DNA from: an uncultured Victivallaceae bacterium
GTDB taxonomy: Bacteria > Verrucomicrobiota > Lentisphaeria > Victivallales > Victivallaceae
Assembly: GCA_964542255.1 (NCBI GenBank)
Contig: CAZITV010000001.1
Span: 28,860 to 92,859 of the forward strand
DNA length: 64,000 nucleotides
Direction of reading: 5' to 3'
Below the pieces are notes generated by a model that searched no databases, was not told the origin of the DNA, and saw only the letters and a list, made by a program, of their open reading frames with translations. Shown here piece after piece: positions 10,135 through 19,397 of the stretch. Both the position numbers and the translations under genes were made by a program. Positions within the stretch are counted from its first letter, which is position 1. Each line of letters begins with the position of its first letter.

Positions 10135-10152
10135 AATAAATCCTTCAAAATA

Positions 10153-10941
10153 CTAATGTTCAGGGGGAGCATTGTGGCGTTTCATGCCGGCGCGGTTTAG
10201 AAAATTTCTAACATTTTCATTCGGTGAAAATTGTTGCAGTGCCTTGGGATTGCCAGCCGCAATGATGCCTCGGGTTTCTTTACCTAAAATTATAACTCGG
10301 TCAGCAATGGCAAAAATACTGTCAAGTTCATGGCTAACAATCACAATAGTTGTACCCAAATCACGCCGCAACTGTAAAATCAACATATCAAGCTCGGCTG
10401 AAGTTATTGGGTCAAGTCCAGCTGATGGTTCGTCAAAAAAAAGTAACGACGGGTCCAAAGCCATAGCTCTTGCCAGACCAGCACGTTTACGCATTCCACC
10501 ACTAAGTTCTGACGGCATATAGTTACCACAACCACTCAAGTTTACTAATGTAAGTTTTTTCTCAATGATTTCGTCAATTTCATCTTTGGATTTATCGGTA
10601 TATTCTTCCAGCGGGAGCGCGATATTTTCGGCAACGGTCATTGAGCCGAATAACGCACCGCCCTGGTAGGTAACGCCAAATCTGCGCATTAGTCGACGTC
10701 GTTCATTTTCATTGGCGAAAACGATACTTTCGTTAAAAATACTAATATCTCCTTTGAAGGGCTGATATAAGCCGATAATGTGTTTTAAAAGAGTACTTTT
10801 CCCGCAGCCAGAACCGCCTAATATGCCGAATATTTCACCTGGTTCTATTGCAAAATTCAGATTATCTAATACCACGACATCGCCGTAGCCGATTTTTAAA
10901 TCTTTTACTTCAACAATATATTTTTGATCATTCGAGTTCAT
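10153..10941 (-). CDS. ABC transporter ATP-binding protein, MlaF-like
   Basis: Walker A GGSGCGKST, signature LSGGMRKRAGLA, Walker B LLFFDEPSAGLD, H-loop VSHEL. Confidence 0.9.
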   Translation of the reverse strand: MNSNDQKYIVEVKDLKIGYGDVVVLDNLNFAIEPGEIFGILGGSGCGKSTLLKHIIGLYQPFKGDISIFNESIVFANENERRRLMRRFGVTYQGGALFGSMTVAENIALPLEEYTDKSKDEIDEIIEKKLTLVNLSGCGNYMPSELSGGMRKRAGLARAMALDPSLLFFDEPSAGLDPITSAELDMLILQLRRDLGTTIVIVSHELDSIFAIADRVIILGKETRGIIAAGNPKALQQFSPNENVRNFLNRAGMKRHNAPPEH

Positions 10942-11754
10942 TTAATATCCCATAACTGAAAACAGTATAGTTAACACCGCATCGGCGATAACGATAAAGA
11001 ATATTGAGGTTACTACTGCTGAAGTGGTAGCTCTTCCAACGCCTTGCGCATTGCACTCCGACTGAAATCCGCGCAGACAGCCAACAACGGCAATAATTAT
11101 TGCGAAAACAAGACTTTTTATAATACCAAGGAAAAATACCATTGGCGTTAGAACTTCAATAGTACGGTTATAATATGCAACCGCTGGCAGTCCCAGCATT
11201 GTTGTCCCGACCACAAATCCGCCTAGTATGCCAATGACATCACCAAAAATAGTTAAAAGTGGGATTGTCATAATCATCGCCAGAATTTTAGGAATAACTA
11301 AAAATCTGCCTGGGGCTAATCCCATGGTTTCAAGTGCGTTAATTTCCTCATCAAGTTTCATCGAACCAATTTCAGCGGCGAATGCGGAGCCTGCCCGACC
11401 GGTGGCAATCATCGCCACCATTAACGGACCTAATTCTTTGAGAATCGAGAAGCCGACTAAATCAGCGACATATAATTCTGTGCCAAATTTCCGCATTTGT
11501 ACCGCAGCCTGAAAGCCTAAAATAATGCCCATTAGAAAACAGATCATCATTACAATTGGTAACGCTTGACTTCCGCACATATCCATATAGTAAATGGTCT
11601 CGCGCCAGCGAATTTTTTTGGGGTTGCGGATTGCCTGCCAGCAAACTTTAGCCAAGTCACCTAAAAAGCAAACCATTTCCAATAAATCAAGGAACTCCGT
11701 TTTTGCAGTGGCGCCGATTTTTTCAACGAATTCTCTAGAAGGATGACTCATCAA
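10942..11754 (-). CDS. ABC transporter permease, MlaE-like
   Basis: 270-aa polytopic protein with the MlaE-type pattern (LGPLMVAMIATGRAGSAFAAEIGSMKLDEEINALETMG). Its stop abuts the ATPase start. Confidence 0.88.
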   Translation of the reverse strand: MMSHPSREFVEKIGATAKTEFLDLLEMVCFLGDLAKVCWQAIRNPKKIRWRETIYYMDMCGSQALPIVMMICFLMGIILGFQAAVQMRKFGTELYVADLVGFSILKELGPLMVAMIATGRAGSAFAAEIGSMKLDEEINALETMGLAPGRFLVIPKILAMIMTIPLLTIFGDVIGILGGFVVGTTMLGLPAVAYYNRTIEVLTPMVFFLGIIKSLVFAIIIAVVGCLRGFQSECNAQGVGRATTSAVVTSIFFIVIADAVLTILFSVMGY

Positions 11755-11786
11755 TATCTAACCTGTGTTAAGCACACTGGGACACA

Positions 11787-12182
11787 TTAAACATGATTAT
11801 TATTGTTCTGTTGTGCTTGTTTTTCTTCAAGACGCTTAAATTTTTCTGAAAGCAGGGCTAACTCTTGTGTTAAATCTTTGATTCTTTCGGTCTGTTTTGA
11901 AATAACAATTGAATATTGAATTAATATTAGTAGTACTGCTACCATCATAAAGATAAACAGCATCGCCGGTGGGTAAGCGATGCCAACCAATCTGGATATA
12001 TAATCTAAGCCGCGTTGCCATGTGGCTAAAACCACAAAAATTGTTCCCATGAAAATCCAAATTAAAGAATAAGCCTCTTTAATCAATTGCTTGCGTATGG
12101 ATTCGATAATAAAAATCATCAGTAAAATACTGCCCAGAAAAGTGATGATTTCCAATCGGCCAATTTCATTAAGAAAATTCAT
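11787..12182 (-). CDS. small membrane protein, DUF2304-like
   Basis: 131 aa with about 4 TM segments and a C-terminal coiled coil. The ATG directly follows the GT2 stop. This GT2 plus small-membrane-protein pairing is a known arrangement. Confidence 0.6.
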   Translation of the reverse strand: MNFLNEIGRLEIITFLGSILLMIFIIESIRKQLIKEAYSLIWIFMGTIFVVLATWQRGLDYISRLVGIAYPPAMLFIFMMVAVLLILIQYSIVISKQTERIKDLTQELALLSEKFKRLEEKQAQQNNNNHV

Positions 12183-12908
12183 TTATGACTTCTCCTGTTT
12201 AATTGGCGGGCGGATTGCAACCATGATAATCGCAAACATAACTTTAATCATATAATAAACTGATTTCATCGGAGAAATTGAGGATACTCCGCCTTGACGC
12301 GGATTCATGTCAGTAAAAACCTCTTCCATTCTGAAGCCGTTGCGCCCCAATAAAATGACTTCCTCAGGTTCAGGATAGTCAAACGATGGATAGCGTCTGG
12401 CAAGAAATGACAATGCACGACGGTTATATGCACGAAAACCGGATGTGTTATCGGTAATTTTCTGGCGCACTAATATTGAATTTACAATAAAAAACATTGT
12501 TATACCGATACGGCGGAAAAAAGTAGATTTAAAGCCCTCATTCTTCTCGCAGAATCTTGAACCAATGACAACATCAGCTTTGCCATTTATTATTGGCGAA
12601 AGTAATTTGTCAATATTCTCGGCTTTATGCTGCCCATCACCGTCAAACTTAATTGCCAGTTGGTATCCGTTGCGGTGGGCATATTTTAGTCCAGTCTGAA
12701 CACCGCCGCCGATGCCCAGATTGACTGGCAAATCCAAAACGGTTTTGACCCCGCAGGCAGATGCTACGGCCGATGAATTATCCGTAGAGCAATCGTTAAT
12801 AATAATAATATCCATTTCCGGAACGTGTTTTTTTAAGGTAGCGACAACACCGGGAATATTTTTTTCTTCATTGTAACAAGGAACCAGAATCGCCGTCTTC
12901 AAAGACAT
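12183..12908 (-). CDS. family 2 glycosyltransferase (polyprenol-phosphate glycosyltransferase, ArnC/DPM1-like)
   Basis: ILVPCYNEEKNI, IIINDCSTD, FDGDGQH (DxD region) and a C-terminal TM helix. Confidence 0.88.
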   Translation of the reverse strand: MSLKTAILVPCYNEEKNIPGVVATLKKHVPEMDIIIINDCSTDNSSAVASACGVKTVLDLPVNLGIGGGVQTGLKYAHRNGYQLAIKFDGDGQHKAENIDKLLSPIINGKADVVIGSRFCEKNEGFKSTFFRRIGITMFFIVNSILVRQKITDNTSGFRAYNRRALSFLARRYPSFDYPEPEEVILLGRNGFRMEEVFTDMNPRQGGVSSISPMKSVYYMIKVMFAIIMVAIRPPIKQEKS

Positions 12909-13067
12909 ACTAATACCCTAAATTCATTGTTGATGAGCTGAACCGGAATACATTTATATATATTACTAATATCCATAAATTCTCAAGAGCACAAGATAAG
13001 CAGTAAATAAACTCAAAACCAGAGATAAGATAGCGCATTAATGATTTAATTCAACTCGGCAATTAGA

Positions 13068-14015
13068 CTATGACATTTGAATTTTGAAAGGCTGGAATGA
13101 TAATAGTTTTTCAAGTTGCCCCAGCATCTCACGGCAATCTTTAGATGCTTCAGGCCACATTGCCTGAAGATGGGTGCAGGCAAAAGTTGACATATCTGGG
13201 ATATTAATAAATAATGGAAGTTGTTGCTGTCCCAAAATAGTAGTGGCAGTATTGGCGATATCATTAATCACGGCGGCAGGCAAATGCCAGTGACCAGACA
13301 AAGCCATCTCTGTAAGAGGAGATTCCAATTTGCAATATGTTACTAAGTTGGAAAGCATAAATGTGATTTTTAGTGCTGGAAAGAGCCGGCTTATCCCTGC
13401 GAAGGTAATGACGTTATTATCAATTAATAATTTTGATTCCGGCTTCAGTGAGGATAATAATTCATTGCGGTTAAGCAACCATGGCGCTTTGCGATTTATT
13501 TGCGTAATACTTGGTTCGGGACAGTGAAGGTTGCTGACTTCACGGTGGCGGAGATGCTTAGCCAATTCAAGAAATAGTGTTGGTGATGCAGTCGTGATAT
13601 TAATTTTTTGGGCAGCATTAATAACTTGCCCTGCTAAAACTTTAGCAGTCGTTGTTGAGATACCGAGATGCTGTTCTAGAAGCGATGATATTGCAGCATT
13701 TTCCGCAGATAATAAACTTTCAAAACAGATATTTTGTTCACTGTAAATCTTGGCTGCATCGATAAACCCGCTGTTATGCAGCGCATGTACAACTGCCGCA
13801 TTAAGTTCACGTTCTGAAAAAAGATTATTTGGGCGTTTATCATGTTGTATCGCATATTCAACGGCTAACGCAATATCCTCAGCCATCCATTCATCTTGTA
13901 CTCCGGAATGGCGAAATGCTGAGACAATTCCACGCTGCAGCCACTCTGAATCAAAGTTGGAAATTGTGCCATCTCCAGCCAGCAGCTGGATCGCATTGTC
14001 AGCAATTTTTATCAT
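13068..14015 (-). CDS. hypothetical protein with N-terminal degenerate ATP-cone-like domain
   Basis: 315-aa ORF. Its ATG overlaps the nrdR stop (TAATG at 14013-14017). N-terminus GDGTISNFDSEWLQRGIVSAF resembles NrdR KRNKIREDFDREKLRRGIENAC. No family recognised for the C-terminal 220 aa. Confidence 0.6.
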   Translation of the reverse strand: MIKIADNAIQLLAGDGTISNFDSEWLQRGIVSAFRHSGVQDEWMAEDIALAVEYAIQHDKRPNNLFSERELNAAVVHALHNSGFIDAAKIYSEQNICFESLLSAENAAISSLLEQHLGISTTTAKVLAGQVINAAQKINITTASPTLFLELAKHLRHREVSNLHCPEPSITQINRKAPWLLNRNELLSSLKPESKLLIDNNVITFAGISRLFPALKITFMLSNLVTYCKLESPLTEMALSGHWHLPAAVINDIANTATTILGQQQLPLFINIPDMSTFACTHLQAMWPEASKDCREMLGQLEKLLSFQPFKIQMS

Positions 14016-14461
14016 TATTTTAGCGCTCTGATTTCTTCTATAAATTCTTCTACGTCTTTAAACTTGCGATAAACTGAGGCAAATCTTACATAGGCAACCT
14101 GGTCGAGCGATTTCAGCGCTTCCATAACTCTTCTGCCGACCTCTTGAGTTTCAACTTCCTTGTCGTATAGTCGCTGCAGTTCAATGTAAATTTCGTTTAC
14201 TGTCTGGTCAATGTCATCAGGCGTTACTGGACGTTTATAACAGGCATTTTCAATGCCGCGCCGTAATTTTTCACGGTCAAAATCTTCGCGAATTTTATTG
14301 CGTTTGATGACTTTTAACTCAGCCTGGATAATGTCTTCATAAGTGGTAAAACGGTGCCCGCAATTAAGACACTCACGCCTTCTTCTAACCCCTGCGCCCT
14401 CTTTTACTGAACGAGAATCTACGACTTTATCGTCAAGAAACTGGCATTCTGGACAACGCAT
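14015..14461 (-). CDS. nrdR: transcriptional repressor NrdR
   Basis: MRCPECQ...CLNCGHRFTTYE zinc ribbon plus ATP-cone. Start set to the ATG at 14461 (GGAGG 8 nt upstream); the ORF track extends to 14491. Confidence 0.93.
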   Translation of the reverse strand: MRCPECQFLDDKVVDSRSVKEGAGVRRRRECLNCGHRFTTYEDIIQAELKVIKRNKIREDFDREKLRRGIENACYKRPVTPDDIDQTVNEIYIELQRLYDKEVETQEVGRRVMEALKSLDQVAYVRFASVYRKFKDVEEFIEEIRALK

Positions 14462-14745
14462 ACGAAACCTCCAACAAAAACATTGTTGCATAAATTTAAG
14501 AGCAGATATAAAAATACTATTATAAATAGCTCTATATAATCAAACGGATCGTGTTTTGTAATAATATGCCGATAAATTACATTCAACTTAATTCAGATTG
14601 TTTTTATGGAATCATTATTAAAATATCTGGCTGTTAAGATACACTATAAAACAAAATGATTCAATATAAGTTCTGTACAGTTGCATAAATTTGTTCTGAC
14701 GAGAAATGCTTAAAAATCAATAAAGCAGATTATTAACGGTTATTA

Positions 14746-16128
14746 TTATTTCAGCAGGTGCATGTTTGCCATGGAAATACCGCTGAGCAATGCACCGGTA
14801 ATCCCGAGGAACCCTTGGTCAGTACCGCAGAGGTAAACATTGTTTATCGGGGTAATTCCAGTTTTGTATTTTATTGGCGAACCATAAATCGCACCATTAA
14901 TTCTAGCAGTATAACGGGTGATGGTTTTTGGAGTGAATGCATCTATAGGTCGTACAATTGTGTCAGCAGGCATTCCGGCTAGTTGCAGTGACTTAGTGAT
15001 AATATTTTCAAAAGCCTGTTGTTTATGTGCGGAATATTGCATTTTATTGTAATCGAACCATAATTGATTATTAGCCAATACCGTAGTTCGCATTAATCGC
15101 GGTGGTATAGCGTCGCCGCTGCGCATTTTAAAGTTACTTGGGAAGCAAATCACTCCGCTGTCAATGCTTATATCCTCCTTAGGATTGCGAAAAGCAAATG
15201 TGTCGGCAGAATTAAAAAATATAATGGCTGAATCAGGTATGTCTGTATTTGCTGATGGCAATACAATTGTTTCCATAAAAGCGAGTTTGCCCGGAGTTGG
15301 AGTAAAGGATGTCATTTCCGGGGAATCGCAAAGCTTCGCCGTTTCCGGTGCTCCGGCTGAAGAAAGAAAATTTGCAGCTTCGATAAATTCGCCGAAATGT
15401 GTTACAACTCCGACGGCGCGATTGTTCTTAATAATGATCTTGTCTATAGAACAATTAAGCCGCAATTCTGCACCAGTTTCACGCAGTCGTTCAATAAGTA
15501 TATTCAGCAAACCGCGAATGCCGTGTCCTGGACGAAAAAAACCTTCTTTAAAGATACTTTTGTACATAATAGCAAATTGTGAGAAGTCCATATCGTTTTC
15601 CTGTGCACTGCCATAATACATTAGCGGGCAAAAGAGCATATCGCGGAGCAGCGGATCAGTGATATATTGTCCAACAATTTCGCGAGCTGAAATAAATGGA
15701 TTATCCAAATTAACTTCATTCCAATCCATAATTTTATTATCTAGAGCAGTAAAATTATCAATTTGTAAAGGAAAGGATGTAGCAATGGATTCGCTTAGCT
15801 CCAGGAAATTATTACTAAATTTTAGCTCTGCGCCTGGGAATTTAATGATTGAATAATGTTGTTCGCGTGGTGCGATGCTATCGTATGGTATCCGCAACTG
15901 CCGTAACAATTTTAACAACGGCAAAGTTTTGGCATTACTCGAAGCAAAATTGGTCATAGCATGAAGCCCGCATTCAAGCTCAATGCCATTCCTTGAATAA
16001 TATGAATTGAGCCCGCCTATCTGAAAATGGCTTTCGCAGATGCAAACTTTTTTTTCATAATGCGCCAACCGTATTGCCGCGGCTAGCCCAGACATTCCGG
16101 CACCAATGATAACGCAATCATATTTCAT
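14746..16128 (-). CDS. NAD(P)/FAD-dependent oxidoreductase (phytoene-desaturase-like fold)
   Basis: N-terminal dinucleotide motif YDCVIIGAGMSGLAAAIRLA...E. 460 aa. The start overlaps the yihY-like stop. Confidence 0.8.
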   Translation of the reverse strand: MKYDCVIIGAGMSGLAAAIRLAHYEKKVCICESHFQIGGLNSYYSRNGIELECGLHAMTNFASSNAKTLPLLKLLRQLRIPYDSIAPREQHYSIIKFPGAELKFSNNFLELSESIATSFPLQIDNFTALDNKIMDWNEVNLDNPFISAREIVGQYITDPLLRDMLFCPLMYYGSAQENDMDFSQFAIMYKSIFKEGFFRPGHGIRGLLNILIERLRETGAELRLNCSIDKIIIKNNRAVGVVTHFGEFIEAANFLSSAGAPETAKLCDSPEMTSFTPTPGKLAFMETIVLPSANTDIPDSAIIFFNSADTFAFRNPKEDISIDSGVICFPSNFKMRSGDAIPPRLMRTTVLANNQLWFDYNKMQYSAHKQQAFENIITKSLQLAGMPADTIVRPIDAFTPKTITRYTARINGAIYGSPIKYKTGITPINNVYLCGTDQGFLGITGALLSGISMANMHLLK

Positions 16129-17453
16129 CAGATTAAATCTTTCAGTAGCCGGTTTGCGTCTGATTTCATTGCAGACTCTTTGATGCCTTCAAGTGATTGT
16201 GATACTTGAGCAAAAATATGGTTATCTGGAGCGTTAAGCAAATTTTCTCCGCTGGATTCAACCCTGTCAATTACAGTTTGTACTGTCAAAACATTTGTTG
16301 GCAGTCCTGGCACATAACGGTTCACTCCAGTATTATCGTCGCCGCTTTTTATAATTATCCCGGCATTTTGCAGCGCGAATAATATATCTCTGACTTGTCG
16401 AATTGGTAGTTTGCAGTTAGCAGCCAACGTAACGTCATCTGGCATAATTTGTTGAGTTTCAAATTGTTGTACTATGCTTGCCGCGACCTGTATCATTAGT
16501 TTTTTCTTGAACGCATAAGTAACCCTTGCTGAATTGATCTCATTTTCATAGTTGTCAATATTTTGATGCGCGAATGACACCTCTGCCCCAAATAACACAA
16601 TCAACCAGCTCAGCTGCAGCCAAATTAAAAATAATGGCAACGCTGAAAAACTGCCATAAATAGTGTTGTAGCGCGATAACGCCATTTGAATAATGATGTA
16701 GCTTTCCTGTAGTAACTGGTAGCAGGTGCCTGCGGCAATCCCGGCAATAATTGCCGATTTCCAGTTGACTTTTGTATTAGGCATAAAGCCGTATATAAAC
16801 GAAAACAGTATCCAGGCGGTCAGAAACGGCACCATTTTAATGATGGTAATTGTGAGCGGACTACCAAATGCTTTTAAAATGATAACATTATCTACCACCC
16901 GGTTAAGCTGTGCGCTGATTAATACCGTTGCACTGCCTGCCATTATAATAAGTATTGGGCAAATCACCACCAGTGACATATAGTCACTAAATTTACGGAA
17001 AAATGTACGGTCAGCCTTAACACCCCAAATATAATTAAAGGAGTTCTCAATGTTGCCGATAAGCTTAATCACAGTCCAAAACAAAATCACTATCCCCACG
17101 CCGGCAACCATACCGCTGCGTGTGTCACGCAATGTCGTTTCAGCAAAAACAAAAACTTTTTCTAATACTGCCTGATGTTCAGCGAATCGTTCAAATAATT
17201 GAGTTTTTAGTGACTGGTCGACACCGAAACCTTTGGCTATGCCAAATATCATTGCAGCAACTGGTACAATCGAAAACACTGAATAAAAAGTCAGTGCTGA
17301 AGCGCGTAGTTGGCAATGGTCATCAGCAAATCCTTTAATCGACAGAATAATTATCTTAATTGTTCTGAAAATATAAAATTCAGAATTGCTTAAATTAGAA
17401 ATGTCTTTCCGCCAAATATCTTCGGCAAAAAATAACTTTATTTTTTTATACAT
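16128..17453 (-). CDS. YihY/BrkB-family inner membrane protein with C-terminal soluble extension
   Basis: RASALTFYSVFSIVP and FLIWLQLSWLIVLFGAEV are typical of YihY. About 130 extra C-terminal residues (ASIVQQFE...LPIRQVRDILFALQNAGII) look like a winged-helix-type domain. Confidence 0.82.
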   Translation of the reverse strand: MYKKIKLFFAEDIWRKDISNLSNSEFYIFRTIKIIILSIKGFADDHCQLRASALTFYSVFSIVPVAAMIFGIAKGFGVDQSLKTQLFERFAEHQAVLEKVFVFAETTLRDTRSGMVAGVGIVILFWTVIKLIGNIENSFNYIWGVKADRTFFRKFSDYMSLVVICPILIIMAGSATVLISAQLNRVVDNVIILKAFGSPLTITIIKMVPFLTAWILFSFIYGFMPNTKVNWKSAIIAGIAAGTCYQLLQESYIIIQMALSRYNTIYGSFSALPLFLIWLQLSWLIVLFGAEVSFAHQNIDNYENEINSARVTYAFKKKLMIQVAASIVQQFETQQIMPDDVTLAANCKLPIRQVRDILFALQNAGIIIKSGDDNTGVNRYVPGLPTNVLTVQTVIDRVESSGENLLNAPDNHIFAQVSQSLEGIKESAMKSDANRLLKDLI

Positions 17454-17483
17454 TTAAAACCTCATGCAATTTAGTGCTAAAGC

Positions 17484-18782
17484 TTAGTGTGGAAAATTTC
17501 CCTTCAGCGCCCATAGTCCAAGTGCCGGATTGCTGATATAAAAAACTTCTTCTCCATTAATGATATTATACCCATCTTTTAATTGCTCAAACTTGTATTG
17601 ATGCATCACCTTATCCAGTTCGCCATATTCAAAACCTGCTGACTCTATTTCAGCGCATGAGACTTTGGCACCTGGACAATATGTGATTTTAAACCGACCT
17701 TCAGATGACCCATGAATTAAATGTGCTGCAGCACTCAAATTGTTCCTCAATTCTTCGTTTACCTTGACTGCATTTAAGGTTGCATTAGTACCACGATAAC
17801 CATATTTTCGGATTAATCTGTCTATTTCTTTGTCTTCACCAAATTCTTTTAGGGCAGGTGCCAGGACGATTAGCTCGCCATTATCGGCTATAGCCATTCT
17901 CGTGCGGTAAATTGATTTGTTCCCAAGCCAAGTACTTTTGAATTCTTCCGGGTCAAGGTAAACTATTACTTTTTTTAATGGTTTATCCAGCAACTGCAGG
18001 TTAACTTTCTGACTCAATTCGCTGGCAGCGAGAAATGCAGAATCATCATCACTGCAGTAGAAACCACGCATCACCATTTTGCTGGTATTTGCATCGCGTG
18101 CCATCACTGTCAGCATATATGTTATCGGTAATTCATTTAAAAAACTATTGACGCCGTAATTGAAGAGTTTCCGCACCGGCGTGTCGGCACGACCCATAAT
18201 TTTTTCCATATTATACACTGCACCGAGAAAATGCGATTTATTTATGGTGTCTGCACCGCCCACGCCTACCATAATGTTTTTTGTATAATTGGCCATACCA
18301 ACAACTTCATGAGGGACAACCTGACCTATAGAAATAATTTGATCATAACCAGAAAATAACAATTTGTTGACTTCAACATTTACTTCATAATCAACTTTAC
18401 CGCCTGACCACTCGCGCAATAAGTCGCTTGAAACTGTACCACGCTTAACTATGTCATTACGCCAGTCGTGAATCTTAAAGCATGACAGTGGAATTTCGTG
18501 ACCGAACATCTGGCGCAATTCATGTTCCGGCATGGCTGAATGTGTGCCTAATGCCGGCATTATATCTACGGTACATTTACCCGCGAGCATTAAATAAATC
18601 ATCGCGGTAATTGGTCCGGCATAGGAATTCGCCCTAGTCATATCAGGTGGCAGTAATAACACGCGCTGCAGTTTCTCGCCCTTGCTGTTGACTACTTGCT
18701 TGATCATCGCCGTTAGTTGCCCATCATCTATTGTCAGACTAGTTCCACCTTGTCCAGAGATTATTCCTTTAAACATATTCAT
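17484..18782 (-). CDS. lactate racemase (LarA) N-terminal domain / DUF2088-family protein
   Basis: 432 aa. The length and the pattern around GQVVPHEVVGMANYTKNIMVGVGG resemble LarA-family proteins. No larB/C/E genes in the window. Confidence 0.65.
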   Translation of the reverse strand: MNMFKGIISGQGGTSLTIDDGQLTAMIKQVVNSKGEKLQRVLLLPPDMTRANSYAGPITAMIYLMLAGKCTVDIMPALGTHSAMPEHELRQMFGHEIPLSCFKIHDWRNDIVKRGTVSSDLLREWSGGKVDYEVNVEVNKLLFSGYDQIISIGQVVPHEVVGMANYTKNIMVGVGGADTINKSHFLGAVYNMEKIMGRADTPVRKLFNYGVNSFLNELPITYMLTVMARDANTSKMVMRGFYCSDDDSAFLAASELSQKVNLQLLDKPLKKVIVYLDPEEFKSTWLGNKSIYRTRMAIADNGELIVLAPALKEFGEDKEIDRLIRKYGYRGTNATLNAVKVNEELRNNLSAAAHLIHGSSEGRFKITYCPGAKVSCAEIESAGFEYGELDKVMHQYKFEQLKDGYNIINGEEVFYISNPALGLWALKGNFPH

Positions 18783-18947
18783 TAACCTTCATCATTTTGT
18801 ATATGCGTTGGCATAATTTTTATTCGTAGTTTGTAAGTTAGCGTATTTTTGAATAAATATCAAGTTAACTACCTAAAATATCATCGGCATTGATTTTACC
18901 ATTCATAATCATTGCCACTTAACTTTCAAGGCAGTACATAGCATAAA

Positions 18948-19397
18948 TTATTGAAGTGTTCGGCGAACTCCTTCATAAAGCACAACTGCAACTGAATTCG
19001 CCAAATTAAGACTGCGGAAATATTGTCCAGTCATTGGGATAGTGTACATTTTATCACGGTAAATGTCATGAAATGACGGCGGCAGTCCAGAGCCTTCATT
19101 GCCAAATATAAAAAAAGCATTGTTATTGTATGGACACTCCCATAATGTCCGCTTCCCTTTGGTCGAAAAAAAATAAAGTTCTGCATTTGAATTTTTATCG
19201 GAGAATTCTGCCCAGTTTTCATAGATAATATATTCAACGTGTTTCCAGTAATCCATTCCGGCACGCTTAAGATATTTGTCTTCAAGAGAGAACCCAAACG
19301 GTTTAATTAGGTGGAGTATTGAGCCAGTTGAAACGCACAATCTACCAATATTACCCGTGTTTTGTGGAATTTCCGGAGCAAATAATACGACATTCAT
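18948..19397 (-). CDS. trmL: tRNA (cytidine/uridine-2'-O-)-methyltransferase TrmL (SpoU family)
   Basis: MNVVLFAPEIPQNTGNIGRLC, LKRAGMDYW, LNLANSVAVVLYE. The start overlaps the kinase stop (TAATG). Confidence 0.85.
   Translation of the reverse strand: MNVVLFAPEIPQNTGNIGRLCVSTGSILHLIKPFGFSLEDKYLKRAGMDYWKHVEYIIYENWAEFSDKNSNAELYFFSTKGKRTLWECPYNNNAFFIFGNEGSGLPPSFHDIYRDKMYTIPMTGQYFRSLNLANSVAVVLYEGVRRTLQ

Noticed and set aside
14636-14656. ACACTATA half-site resembling an NrdR box upstream of nrdR
   Set aside because: Only half of the 16-bp palindrome (acacwAtATaTwgtgt, from memory) is present and there is no tandem second box. In AT-rich DNA this is probably a chance match.
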